DNA of 62,819 nucleotides, the filler included, from Circinaria calcarea (Eukaryota), in NCBI GenBank assembly GCA_051942165.1. It is 13 parts of 13 records of this genome, joined end to end, with 100 filler letters (N's around TTAATTAATTAA, not from the genome) between each part and the next. Parts side by side here need not be neighbours in the genome. Positions count along the whole stretch, not along the records: positions 48,461 to 53,181 come from JAVECS010002208.1; positions 53,282 to 58,001 come from JAVECS010002209.1; positions 58,102 to 62,819 come from JAVECS010002210.1; 10 more parts are not named here. One strand, written 5' to 3'. The notes below the pieces were generated by a model that saw only the letters and a program-made list of their open reading frames with translations, made no database searches and was not told where the DNA came from. Positions 50,334 through 62,284 of this stretch are shown piece after piece. Both the position numbers and the translations under genes were made by a program. Position 1 is the first letter of the stretch, and the number at the start of each line of letters is the position of its first letter.

Positions 50334-51312
50334 GATTTCTAGATAAAAGTCGATGTATCCGGAGTCGGTCCAGCTGCTGTCACGGAGGCAGAGGAACAGT
50401 CATTGCTCCTAGTACTTATGCGCGGAATTGGCTTAAGCCACCGTACTGATGTACCGTACTTCTCTTCTGGGTCTACTTGGTCATTCCCATGAAACTCTGA
50501 TGACTTTGGGGTCTGCAGGCTGAGGCGGTCAAGCGACGGAGGATCGATCCTGATCGACGTGACACTTTGCAACAGTCACGGCAGAACACGGGCCTCGGGC
50601 TTTTGGTGGTGGTCCCGGGACGTGTTACGCGGTAACACGACAGCAAACTCCTCATTTCCCCATGGGCAGTTTATCCAATTCCCATCGACTTTGACCATAC
50701 CATTGGTCATGGCAAACTCCAAGAGGAGCGTCATGCGGAGATGGGTCCGGCGGGAATCGCGTCTGCCTGGTGATTCGTGGGGGTAGTGGGTAATTCTAGG
50801 CAGCGGCTCTGCATACAGCTGACATTTGATGGACATGGATGCATCTACGCTACGCCCAATAGTAGGTCATCTCCTTTCTATCACGCAAGAACAGGTTTCT
50901 CGCAAATCGAGCTGCATAATGATGTCTCATCTATATCTGCCTAACGTAATCTCGGGTACCGTAGGAGGAGCGTACTCCACTCCCATCACTAATCCTCCTG
51001 TTCCAAGCCTATGGAGTGTTTCATCAAGGCTCACCAAGAAATCATCACATGTGATTCTTCATCTCAACGTGAACCGCTTCATCGTCCGAAGCAGGTGGTG
51101 TATCCTCCCTGTAGGTGGCCAAGTGTTAGCTATCCCACCGCAATTCGTGGGTAGAGAGATGAAAGGGGACTTACTGGATCCGGGTTACTCCCGCACGCAA
51201 TGCGTCCTTGTCCAGTTCCATCGATGACGAGGGAGGCGTTGGCAACCTACAGCAACAGTTCTCGTATCAGTGGCAACTCCAATCGCTGCGTTTATGGGAG
51301 AAAAAGAGGAAC

Positions 51313-52131
51313 TTACAGGGCTTTCTTGGCGCTCGAGCGTTGACTCGGAGGCAGTGCCATTTCATCGACCTCCGCCCACTTGGGAACCACATGCCAACGG
51401 CCTCGGGCCAATTGCCCGTGTCGATTACGCTCCTCCGGCGCCCTGTCCTTGACGTTGTCCCAGCAGAGATACTCGGATGGGTTCCAGACGGCCATTATGA
51501 AACGCTCCGCAAGATGCCCGGTCTCGGGATTGATATGGGCCATGTCACCCAGGAAGTACTCCTTCATCATCAGCTGATAGAGCTCTCGAGGATGCTGCCG
51601 GATGGTGTCTTTGTGGACGGCAAACAGGGCACCCGGTGCATAGGCGACCGAGGCGGGTACAGGCTTTCCAGGGAAGAAGGTCTGCCAATACTCGGCCGGA
51701 GTCTTCTTCATGTATCTGCCTTTGTTGCCGGAATGATCGGCCCATTTGGCCCAAGAAGGATATTCGGCCCACGGAATCCCATCCCAGTGATCAAACATCT
51801 CTAGCTCGCGGTATGGGAAGGTGGTCACCTCTCCGGGTAGGGTCTTGAGGGAACACTCCTTGATCTCATCGAGACTCAACGGACAGTGGTCGTCGATACG
51901 GCCCTGAAGAAAGACGGTAACGTCGGCGAGGGAATCGTATCGTTCAACGATATGATGGAGGTACGTGTGTCCTTCCCGGCCGATGTTCTCCAGCACTTGG
52001 TAAGGGTATGGAGGGGCGTTCTTCTCGCCGCCCTTGGAGTAGATGGTACAGATGTCTTGGTTGCCTTCAAGCCATGATAGGTCTTCATTGTAGTGAGCGA
52101 TCAGAATTTCGACGGCCGGTTGGTTGCCCAT
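51313..52131 (-). CDS. DUF3431-family protein (intronless)
   Basis: ILIAHYNEDLSWL, IYSKG, LENIGREGHTYLHHIVERYDSLADVTVFLQG, GALFAVHKDTIRQHPRELY and GHLAER. Confidence 0.85.
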   Translation of the reverse strand: MGNQPAVEILIAHYNEDLSWLEGNQDICTIYSKGGEKNAPPYPYQVLENIGREGHTYLHHIVERYDSLADVTVFLQGRIDDHCPLSLDEIKECSLKTLPGEVTTFPYRELEMFDHWDGIPWAEYPSWAKWADHSGNKGRYMKKTPAEYWQTFFPGKPVPASVAYAPGALFAVHKDTIRQHPRELYQLMMKEYFLGDMAHINPETGHLAERFIMAVWNPSEYLCWDNVKDRAPEERNRHGQLARGRWHVVPKWAEVDEMALPPSQRSSAKKAL

Positions 52132-52919
52132 TTCGTATTAGGGTGCGAAGTACAGAACCGGATGGCATGTGAGAGTTGGAGAGCGTGTATAGCGAGACTG
52201 GTTGCTTGTATGTAGGGAGGGAACGGGGAAAGACGGTGAGCTGGAAGGAGGCTCGTTATATACTCGGTAGAGCGATAGTGCTGATGCAGGTTGTGTTGCG
52301 CAAGTAGCTGATTGAGTTAAGAGCTCGAGCCCCTACCCAGTGTCAAGACTCGTAACCAGCAGCTGCGTGCGTGGTAATAAGCGGGACGCCATGATATCAC
52401 CTCAAGGTGACCGTTTCCGCTTGGAAAATGGAATCCGGGGGCGCCCACGACGGCGAGCTGATAAGCTTGAGCCGATGTCGTCGCCCTTGAATGGAGACGG
52501 GAGAAGTCGCCTATCAGCGATTTAGGCATTGGCACGGTCAGCCCGAGTCTTGGTTTTAGAGGAAGTCGGCGAAGGGTTGAGGTCCCTCCTTTCCTGATTC
52601 GCGTCCTCTTGGATTCTCTAGCTGCGTCTGCTTGCTTGAATACGTCAACGCGTTGCTTGGATTGTAGATGGCCAAGATCTGGGTTGAAGCTTGGGTGGGA
52701 TAGCCTTGAGGTGGAAACGGTGGGAATGAGGTCATACCAAAATAGATAAGGTTAAACCGCCCGATAGCTATGCAACTGCGCTTTTTCTTGCTTGGAACAC
52801 AGCTAATCGTCGGAGGGAGGTCCCGTGAGCCAATCACGACCAAACTTCGTGGACATCGATCGCTAACAAGAAACGTTGCAGTGCATGAACTATTTTTTCA
52901 TTGGGCACGGCATACCACA

Positions 52920-53181
52920 CAATTATATAAAAAATAATAAAAGGAGAAAAATATAATATTTCCGGATAATATTTAAAAACGCGTGCGTTAAAATATAAAA
53001 TCCGAAAAAATTTATATTTAAATTTCAATATAAATTTTAATAATATTATTTTTAATAATATAATAATTAATTTTTTATATTTAAATATAATATATAAAAT
53101 ATAATTAAAAATAAATATTTATATTAATATATATTAATTTTATATTAATTTAAATAAATATATATAAAACCGGCGTAATAT
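52920..53181. repeat. AT-rich RIP-degraded repeat remnant
   Basis: Abrupt switch to nearly pure A/T sequence with TpA excess, running to the contig end. Confidence 0.75.
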
Positions 53182-53449
53182 NNNNNNNNNNNNNNNNNNN
53201 NNNNNNNNNNNNNNNNNNNNNNNNNTTAATTAATTAANNNNNNNNNNNNNNNNNNNNNNNNNNNNNNNNNNNNNNNNNNNNCTCTTCTGCATCCTAGCAT
53301 ATGCGGGAGGATCCGCTATCCAAATTGCATAGCTATGTAAGTTGTGAATGCGGAGAGATAACCTTGGTGAGATTCTCGGATCCCGTGAATATACTTCGAC
53401 TAAAGGTAGTGTATCGTGCAAGCTGTTTAGAGAAGTGATTAGAGGAATC

Positions 53450-56400
53450 AAGAGATGGCAGATTCACTGCAGAACCTTTTCAAGAGCGACTGTGATATAC
53501 AGGATGCAACAACTAAATAAGATGGACAAGTTTCGTCACACGGGGACTAAACTATACAACCGTCACGTGAATGAGGATACAATATCGAGGAATGAAGGAA
53601 GACAGTTAAATTCTTTGGCATAAGGGGCCATTATGAATACATTGATGAAGCATTTACTATGGGAAACCTTCCACTTATAGGCTTCTTGATGGAACTTATA
53701 TCTACCTGAATCCTGACCCATGGCATCCGTGGATGTATTTCAAGAAAAGGGTGCGGCAACTAGTAACACAGAGGTAGTTTTGTTACTCGGTGAACATAAC
53801 CTTCCCGACTTTCGATAAAGCTGCAACGGGGAGCATATAGTTCAAGAGCAGGTATTAGATGCGGGAATGTTCGGCGAGGTAATATCAATATATCTGATAT
53901 TTGAAGAAGGCAAAACTATGGAGAATTGTCATATCAGCAAGGCATCCAGAGTATGCGCATTACGTTCACAGTCCATCATTTAAATTGCAAGAAAATCTTT
54001 GGAATGTAGCTCTGGCAGCTATACATCATCTTCGTGTCAACGTTGCATACTTTGCTTGGAAAGCGGAACAGAGAGCAATCACGGTTGTGAGGATTAATAT
54101 GGATCTAGATAGGGTTCTTGCAACATATCTGTTGAGGCTATACCAGGCAAAAGGGAAAAAAACTTAGCAGCAAGAGGGCGGCCAGATCCAGTAAAGGCGC
54201 GGAGAACCCATGAAGCAACGAGAGCGCCCTGGACGGAAAGAGGGACACGCTGTTATGGCTGCAATGGGATATCCTTTCGGACCAGAACACTTCCTTCGAA
54301 TAGGGTATACTACTTTGCCTGTTCGGAGATTATTCAGGGCATTGTGTCCGTGCACATTAGAGCCTCACATACGATATAGCAATGCGTCGAGGCCAAACCG
54401 TGATGCTCCTTAGCAAAAATTCTCTTATGAATTGGTTAAAAAACTGGAAACAGTCTGCGAGAGAAACACATGCAAAGTGCATGAAGGTTCTTAAGAGAGC
54501 TGTATTAAGTCAAGTACGTAAGAATACAGAGGGACCGGGTGAAGGACCAGATCGATAAATGAAAAAGGATGGAACCTTCATACGCATAGAAAGACTAATC
54601 CGTCGATACCTTTCTACAAAAGCACGTCAACAAATCTTGAATGGTCTATACGCCAAGGCCGCCGCAATACCCGCCGATGAGGTCCCGAAGGCCTTCAACG
54701 TGAAAGACAACATCGAGATGACCTGGTCCTCCTATATTTCCCTAAGAAGGTCGAAAAAATCGAAAGATTTCGTTCTTAAACAACTTCTAACAATAATACC
54801 AAGCAAGATTAAAAATGTCCTCGGTTCTAAAAGCGGGCATTAGACTTCACAAGAGCTTATTAATATTAATACCGATGCTAACGTAAAAAAACCCAGTGTA
54901 TACTTGGATATCATGACAGGAAACGAGAAGCAGCCGGCTTCGGTAATTATGTCGGATCCTCACAAGTTTCGATTCTGGATCGAAAAGAATCCCATCTACG
55001 CAGGTACAAGAACGGGCAACATGTGGATGCCCTACTATCCTCCACCTGAGCTTAATAAAAGCTTTTTGGAAACCTAGGCTTTGATGGTCAGTTGTGAATA
55101 AGCACAATTGGAAGCCTTGATGATTCAATAGACTCTTGCGTTTGGAATAAATATTACGAAATAACGCATAACTACAACGATGAGCCAAGTCTTGAAGTAG
55201 CCAAGAGATGAAGGGAAAGTTTCAAGCCTAGTATTCGAACGCTATCTTTGTACAGAAAGTTCAGGGCGAGGTTCGCCCAAACGAATCTCTTTCGAATCTG
55301 GCTGTCCTCTGCGATGCACCCATATAACGTGTACTTTCTCGGTGTTTAGCTCACACCAGTTGCAGGAGAAGGAATAGACATTGGTAGTCCAAACAAACAC
55401 TTTCGATGTTTGACTTTGTTAAGGATTTCTTGTGGAAGTTAATTACCACACTAGATGCCTGCGGCAGTCGTCTGTCGCGGACTTCTTCACCGAGAAAGTC
55501 GGAGACCGATCCCCGGACACCCGTCCATCAGAAAAAGCCTGTACCTTAGCGTCGTATATACAACCTAGCTCCTCTCCAGCAGCTGACCGATGAACAGTCT
55601 ATAGGACTATGCGGTACTCATTCTCTATAAGAGTTTATTAAAACAGCTCAACTATCTAAGAAAGAGAACCACCTCTAAAACTGCAGTATTAGAAGTCGAG
55701 AAGAGCAGTAGTCTCGACGCGTCCACGATATACTCCCGACCAAGATATGCAGGAGTATTTGGGCTTCTAATATAAGTAAGTGGTGCAGCTGCTACTCGCG
55801 GAAAAGATTTATTTATATTTGCTATAACTTATCTAACACCACAAACCCAAGAAAGTCAATTATCAAAATATAACGGATCGGGAAAGGTACGAAGAAACTA
55901 AGCTAATAGTAAAAGACTCCCAATGGAAAACTAGGATAAGAATATTTATCTATTTTCCGGCTCAAGGATACTTCCATATACGCAAGTTCGAAAATATCTC
56001 AAGGGAAGATGGTTTGAGGCGCGCACGGTGATGAGAGATGGTGACATCAATCCATTATTGGTGGGTTGGATAAAACGCAGAAACAAGCCAAGCTTTGAGA
56101 ATTTCTAGGCGTGCCTGCCCTTGTGTGTTGTATCAAAAAAACTATCGTCTTATGCCAGAACAAAGCGAGACATACAGTCCGGCGCTGCTGCCAGTATGCA
56201 GCTGAAGCTTGTATATACAAGAGCCCGAACGATCCCTTTACGAGTATTGGTTTTACCTTTACGGTAGCTCGTAATTCTTGATTTTTTGTGAGTAGAGCTT
56301 TTCTGGCTTCTCCACCCTTTGCGTGGGTTAAGGCTGTCTGCGAACCCCCTGGCTGTTCCGAATCTATGCATGCAAACACCAAGAAACAATCTTGGCTTGG

Positions 56401-57250
56401 GAGCGTGGCATCGTTTCTCTGGTCTTCTGCGCTGGGTATCGTACGGAAACTGCGGAAAGTGTAAAGGAAAGTTAAACGATCAATCTTTACCGCCTGTCTA
56501 AGACTGTTTCGAAAAAGATTTCGGAGCTCTCCATGGGAGCCCTATCTTGGCCCACTATTTCTTATGCCGATCCTGCTACAAGCTCGTAGCATACCTGAGC
56601 TTTAGCTGACTCTGCTCCGGTACCCAGGGTACTGTTGGTTTGGGTGCGGGGCGGGCCGATTATGATTTTCACGTTGTGTATTCCAGGAACCTGGAGATTC
56701 AGAGCGGTTCGATAGCTATATGGATAGTATTATTGTCTCGAGGGATAGTCCCGAGTGCTAAGAAATAGGAGAGGATAGAAGATATGGAAAAAAAGGGCGG
56801 ATATCGAAATCAGTCTATATTCTATAAAATGTTATCTCGCTCCGCCTTCTATTGTGCACCTTTCTTGTATGCATTGAGATTGAGAAAGTCGCCTTGGCCA
56901 GTAATTTCAAAGATAAGCCTCGATCAGCCTGTTGTTAGCCGTCTTCATCCTCAATACTTCCAGTACCACGGGAAAGATATCGATTCACTGGCAACGGCCC
57001 GAAGAGCCCAAGACCAGAGACCTCGGCATCTACAACTTCGAGGGAAAACCAGAACCTAATGTACTGCAGCGTGTTAACAAAGCCTGATAAAGGGCCAATC
57101 CTTCGGGAAAGCTAGAGAGACCTCTCACGAGATGATCCGCACATGTCTGCGGGTGTTCCGGAAAGAAAAGCCTGGGATATGGCATGAGCACGCCATAAGT
57201 ATAAACGGACCTCACCATCTTCCAGAACTCTGCTCACTTTATAGGAGTTG
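53450..57250 (+). pseudogene. Heavily decayed coding relic containing a GIY-YIG-like motif
   Basis: Chain of broken + strand ORFs. The frame of 54559-54843 continues past TAG to PSVYLDI (54892), then after a frameshift reads NYVGSS..LDRKESH (54945). Cys-containing fragments follow. Boundaries are approximate. Confidence 0.4.
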
Positions 57251-57549
57251 AGAAATAAAATATAAGCATGGACTATATCTCTGGCACCCAAGCCTAGAGC
57301 TTGATGTTATACGAGGTAAACCAGGACTGAGGCATATTAAGAAGATATGAGGAAAAGGCTCGTACACACGCTAAAATCCACGCATCAAACTTTTCCAGGC
57401 TACGCATCGGAATAATGAGCTCCATTTGGTAAGATGAAAAACGTACCAGCTCAAGGCTGCTATTTGACAGTTAGCTTCCGTTATTTCAACAATATATTAA
57501 TATCCCAGGGACGAGGAACACGTGGCACAGTTCCAGGTAGGCGAATGAT

Positions 57550-57712
57550 TGTTGGAAGCCATAGGGCTTACCGAGCATGTGTTGCTCAGAAGGGTCCATG
57601 CTCAACACTACCTACACAACCCATAAAAGCACTTTTTGCAGCATAGATAGTTTAATAAGTTACACACACTCACATAGCATGAATACCACCATATTTCATT
57701 GCATGTTCATCA
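57550..57712 (+). mobile_element. Solo LTR, family A, with TSD ATGAT
   Basis: TGTTGGAAGCCATAGGGCTTACCGAG...TTCATCA, with ATGAT at 57545-57549 and 57713-57717. Confidence 0.88.
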
Positions 57713-58101
57713 ATGATGCATCAACTATAATATCCAACGAGTTCGATAACTAGAGGATAAAACTTATCATTCATAATGCGGTAGAAGCTGCCGAAGCGGT
57801 CTATGGACAGAACATACCAAATAAGATTCAATCAGAGGAATAGCAAGTTATTCGACCTATCAGAGACATCCATCAATATGAATCCACTCAAGATTATATA
57901 CATGCAGGGCATCTTTCACAGACTGTATAGATATCTCGCCTGGAAGTTTCCTGTTTGGTTGCACCCTTTATATCCAATCACTCTGATTTTCCAGCTCAAC
58001 TNNNNNNNNNNNNNNNNNNNNNNNNNNNNNNNNNNNNNNNNNNNNTTAATTAATTAANNNNNNNNNNNNNNNNNNNNNNNNNNNNNNNNNNNNNNNNNNN
58101 N

Positions 58102-58807
58102 GCTGGGGTACGTCCAGATCGAGCTCGTGGGTCTCGAGCCAGCGGTACTGAGACTGATAGCGCACGGAAGCGGCGAGGAAGTCCCGGAGCGTGGATTCGT
58201 TGCGCGGGATCTCGCGGAAGCTGTCGTAGGTGTCCAGCATGCTGTCTAGGATTTGGGCGTTGTATTTGTAGATGAGGTCCGGGATGATGGGGTAGGCGAC
58301 GTAGGTGTTTCTGGTGAGAATGCGTTCGGCGTGGCGGAGGTGGGTTTGCTCGGTGAGAGGGGGGTCGGTGGCGGCGGTCAGGGCGTTGGAGAAGGAGGAC
58401 GTGAAGAGGTGCAGAGTCAGGTTGTAATTGAGTTGGAGAGCAGGCCGATGCTTGTAGTGGAAGCTGTAACGCCAGTAGGAGTAGTGCTTTAGGATGGCGA
58501 TGGCGAGCCAGCGGAGGAAGCGTAGGGAACGCGGGTTTAGGACCGTTTCGAGGATTAAGACACCAAGGTCTTCTCGGAGGGGGTCGATGGGGTCGGTGTC
58601 GGTTGAAGCCCAATTCTTCACATGCCGAGGCTGGAGACTAGGGGTGTAGACAGGACCGGCGTCGACGAAGAAGATGTCTGGTGGCACGAAAGGCTTCTTG
58701 AAGAGCACGGTTTTTTCTTCCTCTAAACTGGGGGTTGTGGGACGGTCTTCGAATATTTCAAATGGTATCTTACTAGTCTTGTGGACGAGCTCTTCCAAGT
58801 CAGCCAT
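58102..58807 (-). CDS. Hypothetical protein, 3'-truncated
   Basis: Open frame of about 235 aa with strong C-ending codon bias. No family recognised. Confidence 0.6.
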
Positions 58808-59983
58808 ATTATAATCTAAGAGTAAGTAAGTAGTGTGAGAAATGTTAAGGAACTTTCCGAGATTCTATGAGATATATAGGTGGTGGCTTTGCAAGGTGGA
58901 AAAAAGCACAGATGTTGAAGAATTTAAACATGTTTTATAACTTGGTGTTAGCTGGACAAAGAGGAGATTGAGGTAAAGACCAGCGCAGTCCGGTGGCCAT
59001 TTTGATTTTGACCAACTCCTTACCCAAACTAGTCAAATAAGGTTATTTTTGCGTGGCAGTGGTCAGGGAGCGAGCTAGATAGAGAGTGCATAAAAAGAGA
59101 CGAACGAACAGAGACGAATAAAACAAGACGCATGGCATGACGTTGTGGCACCAACGTATTCTTTCACAAGAAAAACTATCTGAACAATATACATGCCCTT
59201 TCATGAAAATCTAGCATAATGATAGCCTTATATGAAAGATATTGGTTAAACTCCTTAGCTATGAAATGGCCAGTCCACGCGTAACCACGACAATATATTA
59301 CTGATAATACGCAGAGTAACGGGACAAAGGTAAGGTAATCCGGACCTCTCCAGAGAATTGGGATACCCTTGTATTAGAGACGTACACCTTAAAGTAACAT
59401 CTAGTGAAGTGATAGGGGAAAAGGAGGAACCCATGTATAGATTACCCCTGAATCAGTAGTTGGACTTCAATAGATATGTTTTCTCTTTCGAGTGACCAAG
59501 TTTATAGCTTACATCACACTGTTTCATTTCATCAAATCAGGCGTAATCGAGGTCGTACCGGTTGAAGTGCGGTCGATGGAATCTTCGTTGCATGGAAATT
59601 AGGGAGAGACATGTAAGATGGTAATTATGTTCGGTAAAAGACTTAGGTCGACGATCTTGCAGATGTCGATCGCTGACTGTCAGTGAAGCCTTGCCCTGTA
59701 TATATGTTCTCAGACATAGAGCAGAGCGTTCCAATTGCACACGTAGGATATGTTGTGTCTAGCTCGATTGTCATTACGGTGTCCTTGTCAGATCCATAGT
59801 TGGGCGGTGAGTGCTTGCTCCGGTGCAGTGTTCAATTCTTTCGTAATAGACCTGGTCTTTACTGAATTAGAATGGACGTTCGCATCCTAAGGGAAGCAAG
59901 GCCAAATATCGTACCGCGTGGCTACCGCCTAGGTGATGTTTAGCACACCTGCTCTTACGCTTCAACGCCGGCACTACCATGCT

Positions 59984-60517
59984 TCAATGACTCTTTGAAC
60001 CGCCTTTAGCCCCTGATCCCATCCTCTGCATAGTCACAACTCCATTCTCCCCTTGTTCCAGTCGTTTCATGCCCAACTTCTTATTATAGTACTGCTCTCC
60101 CTTGACTTCGCTGGTGACCAGTAACGCTCTGCGCAAATGCCCCATCTCCTTCAAGACCTCATCAACGCACTCAATCAACCAATTACCTAGCCCTTTCCCT
60201 TGCTCTTCTTCGACCACATAGACGTCAGTAAGATAGGCAAATGTAGTGTAGTCTGTTATCATCCGGGCCAGGCCTATCTGCTCTGGTTTGGGTTCGGTGC
60301 CAAGGCCCGGTGGCATTGGCGATGCTGCAACATTTATATACAGGCCCAGACAGAATGAATTGTCCAGACATTTTCGAAGTTCGTCTGTAGGCAACGGGGT
60401 GCACCAATACAAGGCGGAACTAGCAAAAGCAGCATTGATGTCGGGCAAGGAGAGGAGTTTCGGATCGGATGAAATTAGATATCGGTCTCGGATTTGCGCG
60501 AAGGTCTTTGTTGTCAT
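59984..60517 (-). CDS. GNAT-family N-acetyltransferase
   Basis: YLISSDPKLL, LDNSFCLGLY and QIGLARMITDYTTFAYLTDVYVVEEEQGKGLG (acetyl-CoA binding motif A). Confidence 0.92.
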   Translation of the reverse strand: MTTKTFAQIRDRYLISSDPKLLSLPDINAAFASSALYWCTPLPTDELRKCLDNSFCLGLYINVAASPMPPGLGTEPKPEQIGLARMITDYTTFAYLTDVYVVEEEQGKGLGNWLIECVDEVLKEMGHLRRALLVTSEVKGEQYYNKKLGMKRLEQGENGVVTMQRMGSGAKGGSKSH

Positions 60518-62284
60518 CTCGAGGCGCCGGAGCAGCAGACGCTCACACCAACTATGTACAGATAAAACAGGTGCTATACAGATGCGACGATGATGAAAGG
60601 GAAAAGCTATGATTGCTGTTCAATTGACGGCACCCATATCGGTCGTGATGTCATCGAACTCGGTGGAGCCCGTAGCAATCACATGATAGTTTTCATCTCC
60701 TGTCCTTCTCCGGAGTGGAATCATTGATTGTCATTCAAGGCATTGTTTGTATGCTGTACGCCCTCTTTGAAGCTTCCGGGATAGGACTCCCATATTTGAG
60801 AAGCTACAGAGGAACTCTCAGCAACAAATCAAAAGATTGGAAGTAGATTCGTCCTCGCTTGAACTAAGATAGCTGGGTATGTGTGGGTGCTATGAATATA
60901 GGTAGGCATATGTATAAATTTCCACACCGAAGACGAATTAGTCTACATCTCTGTATACGTGCGGTTGCATCACTCGTGGCAATAGACTGCAATTTACGTG
61001 GCTCGTGTATCATTCTCTCATCCACTCAGAGGCATTTTCACTTCAACATCCCCTGGTGGAAGGCACAGTGAGATCTTCCTCTCCACTTTGGCCGGTACCA
61101 TAGCTCGAGCATAGTGAGGCAGAACCCCCACACTCCATAACCGGTGCCTTGAAGGGCTTGGGTCGCTACCTTGCTCGCTGCTTCCTTCAGAAACATTACG
61201 TCAATAAGGACGAAGCTTCCACTATGGGACGAACGTCCACCTCACATCTTGAATTGCCCCGGGTCTTCTTCTCCACTTGTGACCTCTCCTCTTGTCAGAC
61301 CATATTGGTAGAGCTGTCCCCAAAGCTGGCTAAGGACACATTAATCAGCAACTATCGAGTGAAGGCCTACCTCAAGCCAATCTCACTCCGCTTATCCTGC
61401 TGAGCAAAGTTTGCGTTCCTCTGTCGAGGACTAAACGTAGAAGAGGATACAAGAGCACTGAATGCGGTATCCAGGTCCTCCCATCCAGATCTTACCAAAC
61501 TTTTCCCATTTGTGAAGGCTATGGCTTGATCAGAGTGGCTTTCCTGGGTATGACCGAAGGAGTGGCTACCTATTACCAAAAGGGGAGCACCGAAGTGAAC
61601 TCGTCAAGCCGTTCTTGTTGACTATACCGCATAAATGCCGGGAAGGGGATGAAAAGGAAAGCGGTGGTCGGGGGAGGACCAGAACGATGCTCATGCGAGA
61701 AGTTTGGTCAGCAGGGTGGGGAGGGAGAGGATGTTGTCGAGGCTGTCGAACATCTCATGGAAGCACAATCCGTCAGCCGGCATGAGATCTAGATTGGGTG
61801 AAAGGGTAGCCCGGGCCATTTTTAGCCTTGGAATGACTCAAGATGCTCAGAGGGCGTGCGATTAAGCTAGTATCGAGCGAAAGAGGCATGTACTCCAGTA
61901 TAGCATTGAGAGGAGGTACAGTCAATCGGCTTGCTTACCTATCTACAATAATTCTATAGGGAAGACCTACTCTACTGAGTGAACCTGCAGGCCTCTCGCC
62001 GGTGTTAGCTGAGTTCCTCGGTCTGGGGCAAAGTTGAGCCCGGCTGGACTGATTAAAATGGCTACCCGGCCACGCGGAGAAATTAACCCGTCCATTCTGC
62101 CGGATCGGTGATAGTGAAGCCCGTCAACGCTCAGCTAGTGTACCAATAAGAGAGCGGGCCACTAGTGCCACATCCCGCTGGACCCTGAATCAGCCACTAA
62201 TGGACCCTGCATGCCTGGCTCCCGGATCAACCACAGTAGCCTCGACTTAAAAGCAATGCGGTCCTCTAATACACATTAATAATT

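Noticed and set aside
51208..52077. Plus-strand ORFs overlapping the DUF3431 gene
   Set aside because: They are antisense shadows caused by high GC3. The same applies to ORFs opposite POL5, MTQ2, the RRM gene and the GNAT.
61000..61790. Possible minus-strand pseudogene with an intron-like segment
   Set aside because: Multiple stops and no identifiable family, so it cannot be supported without a search.
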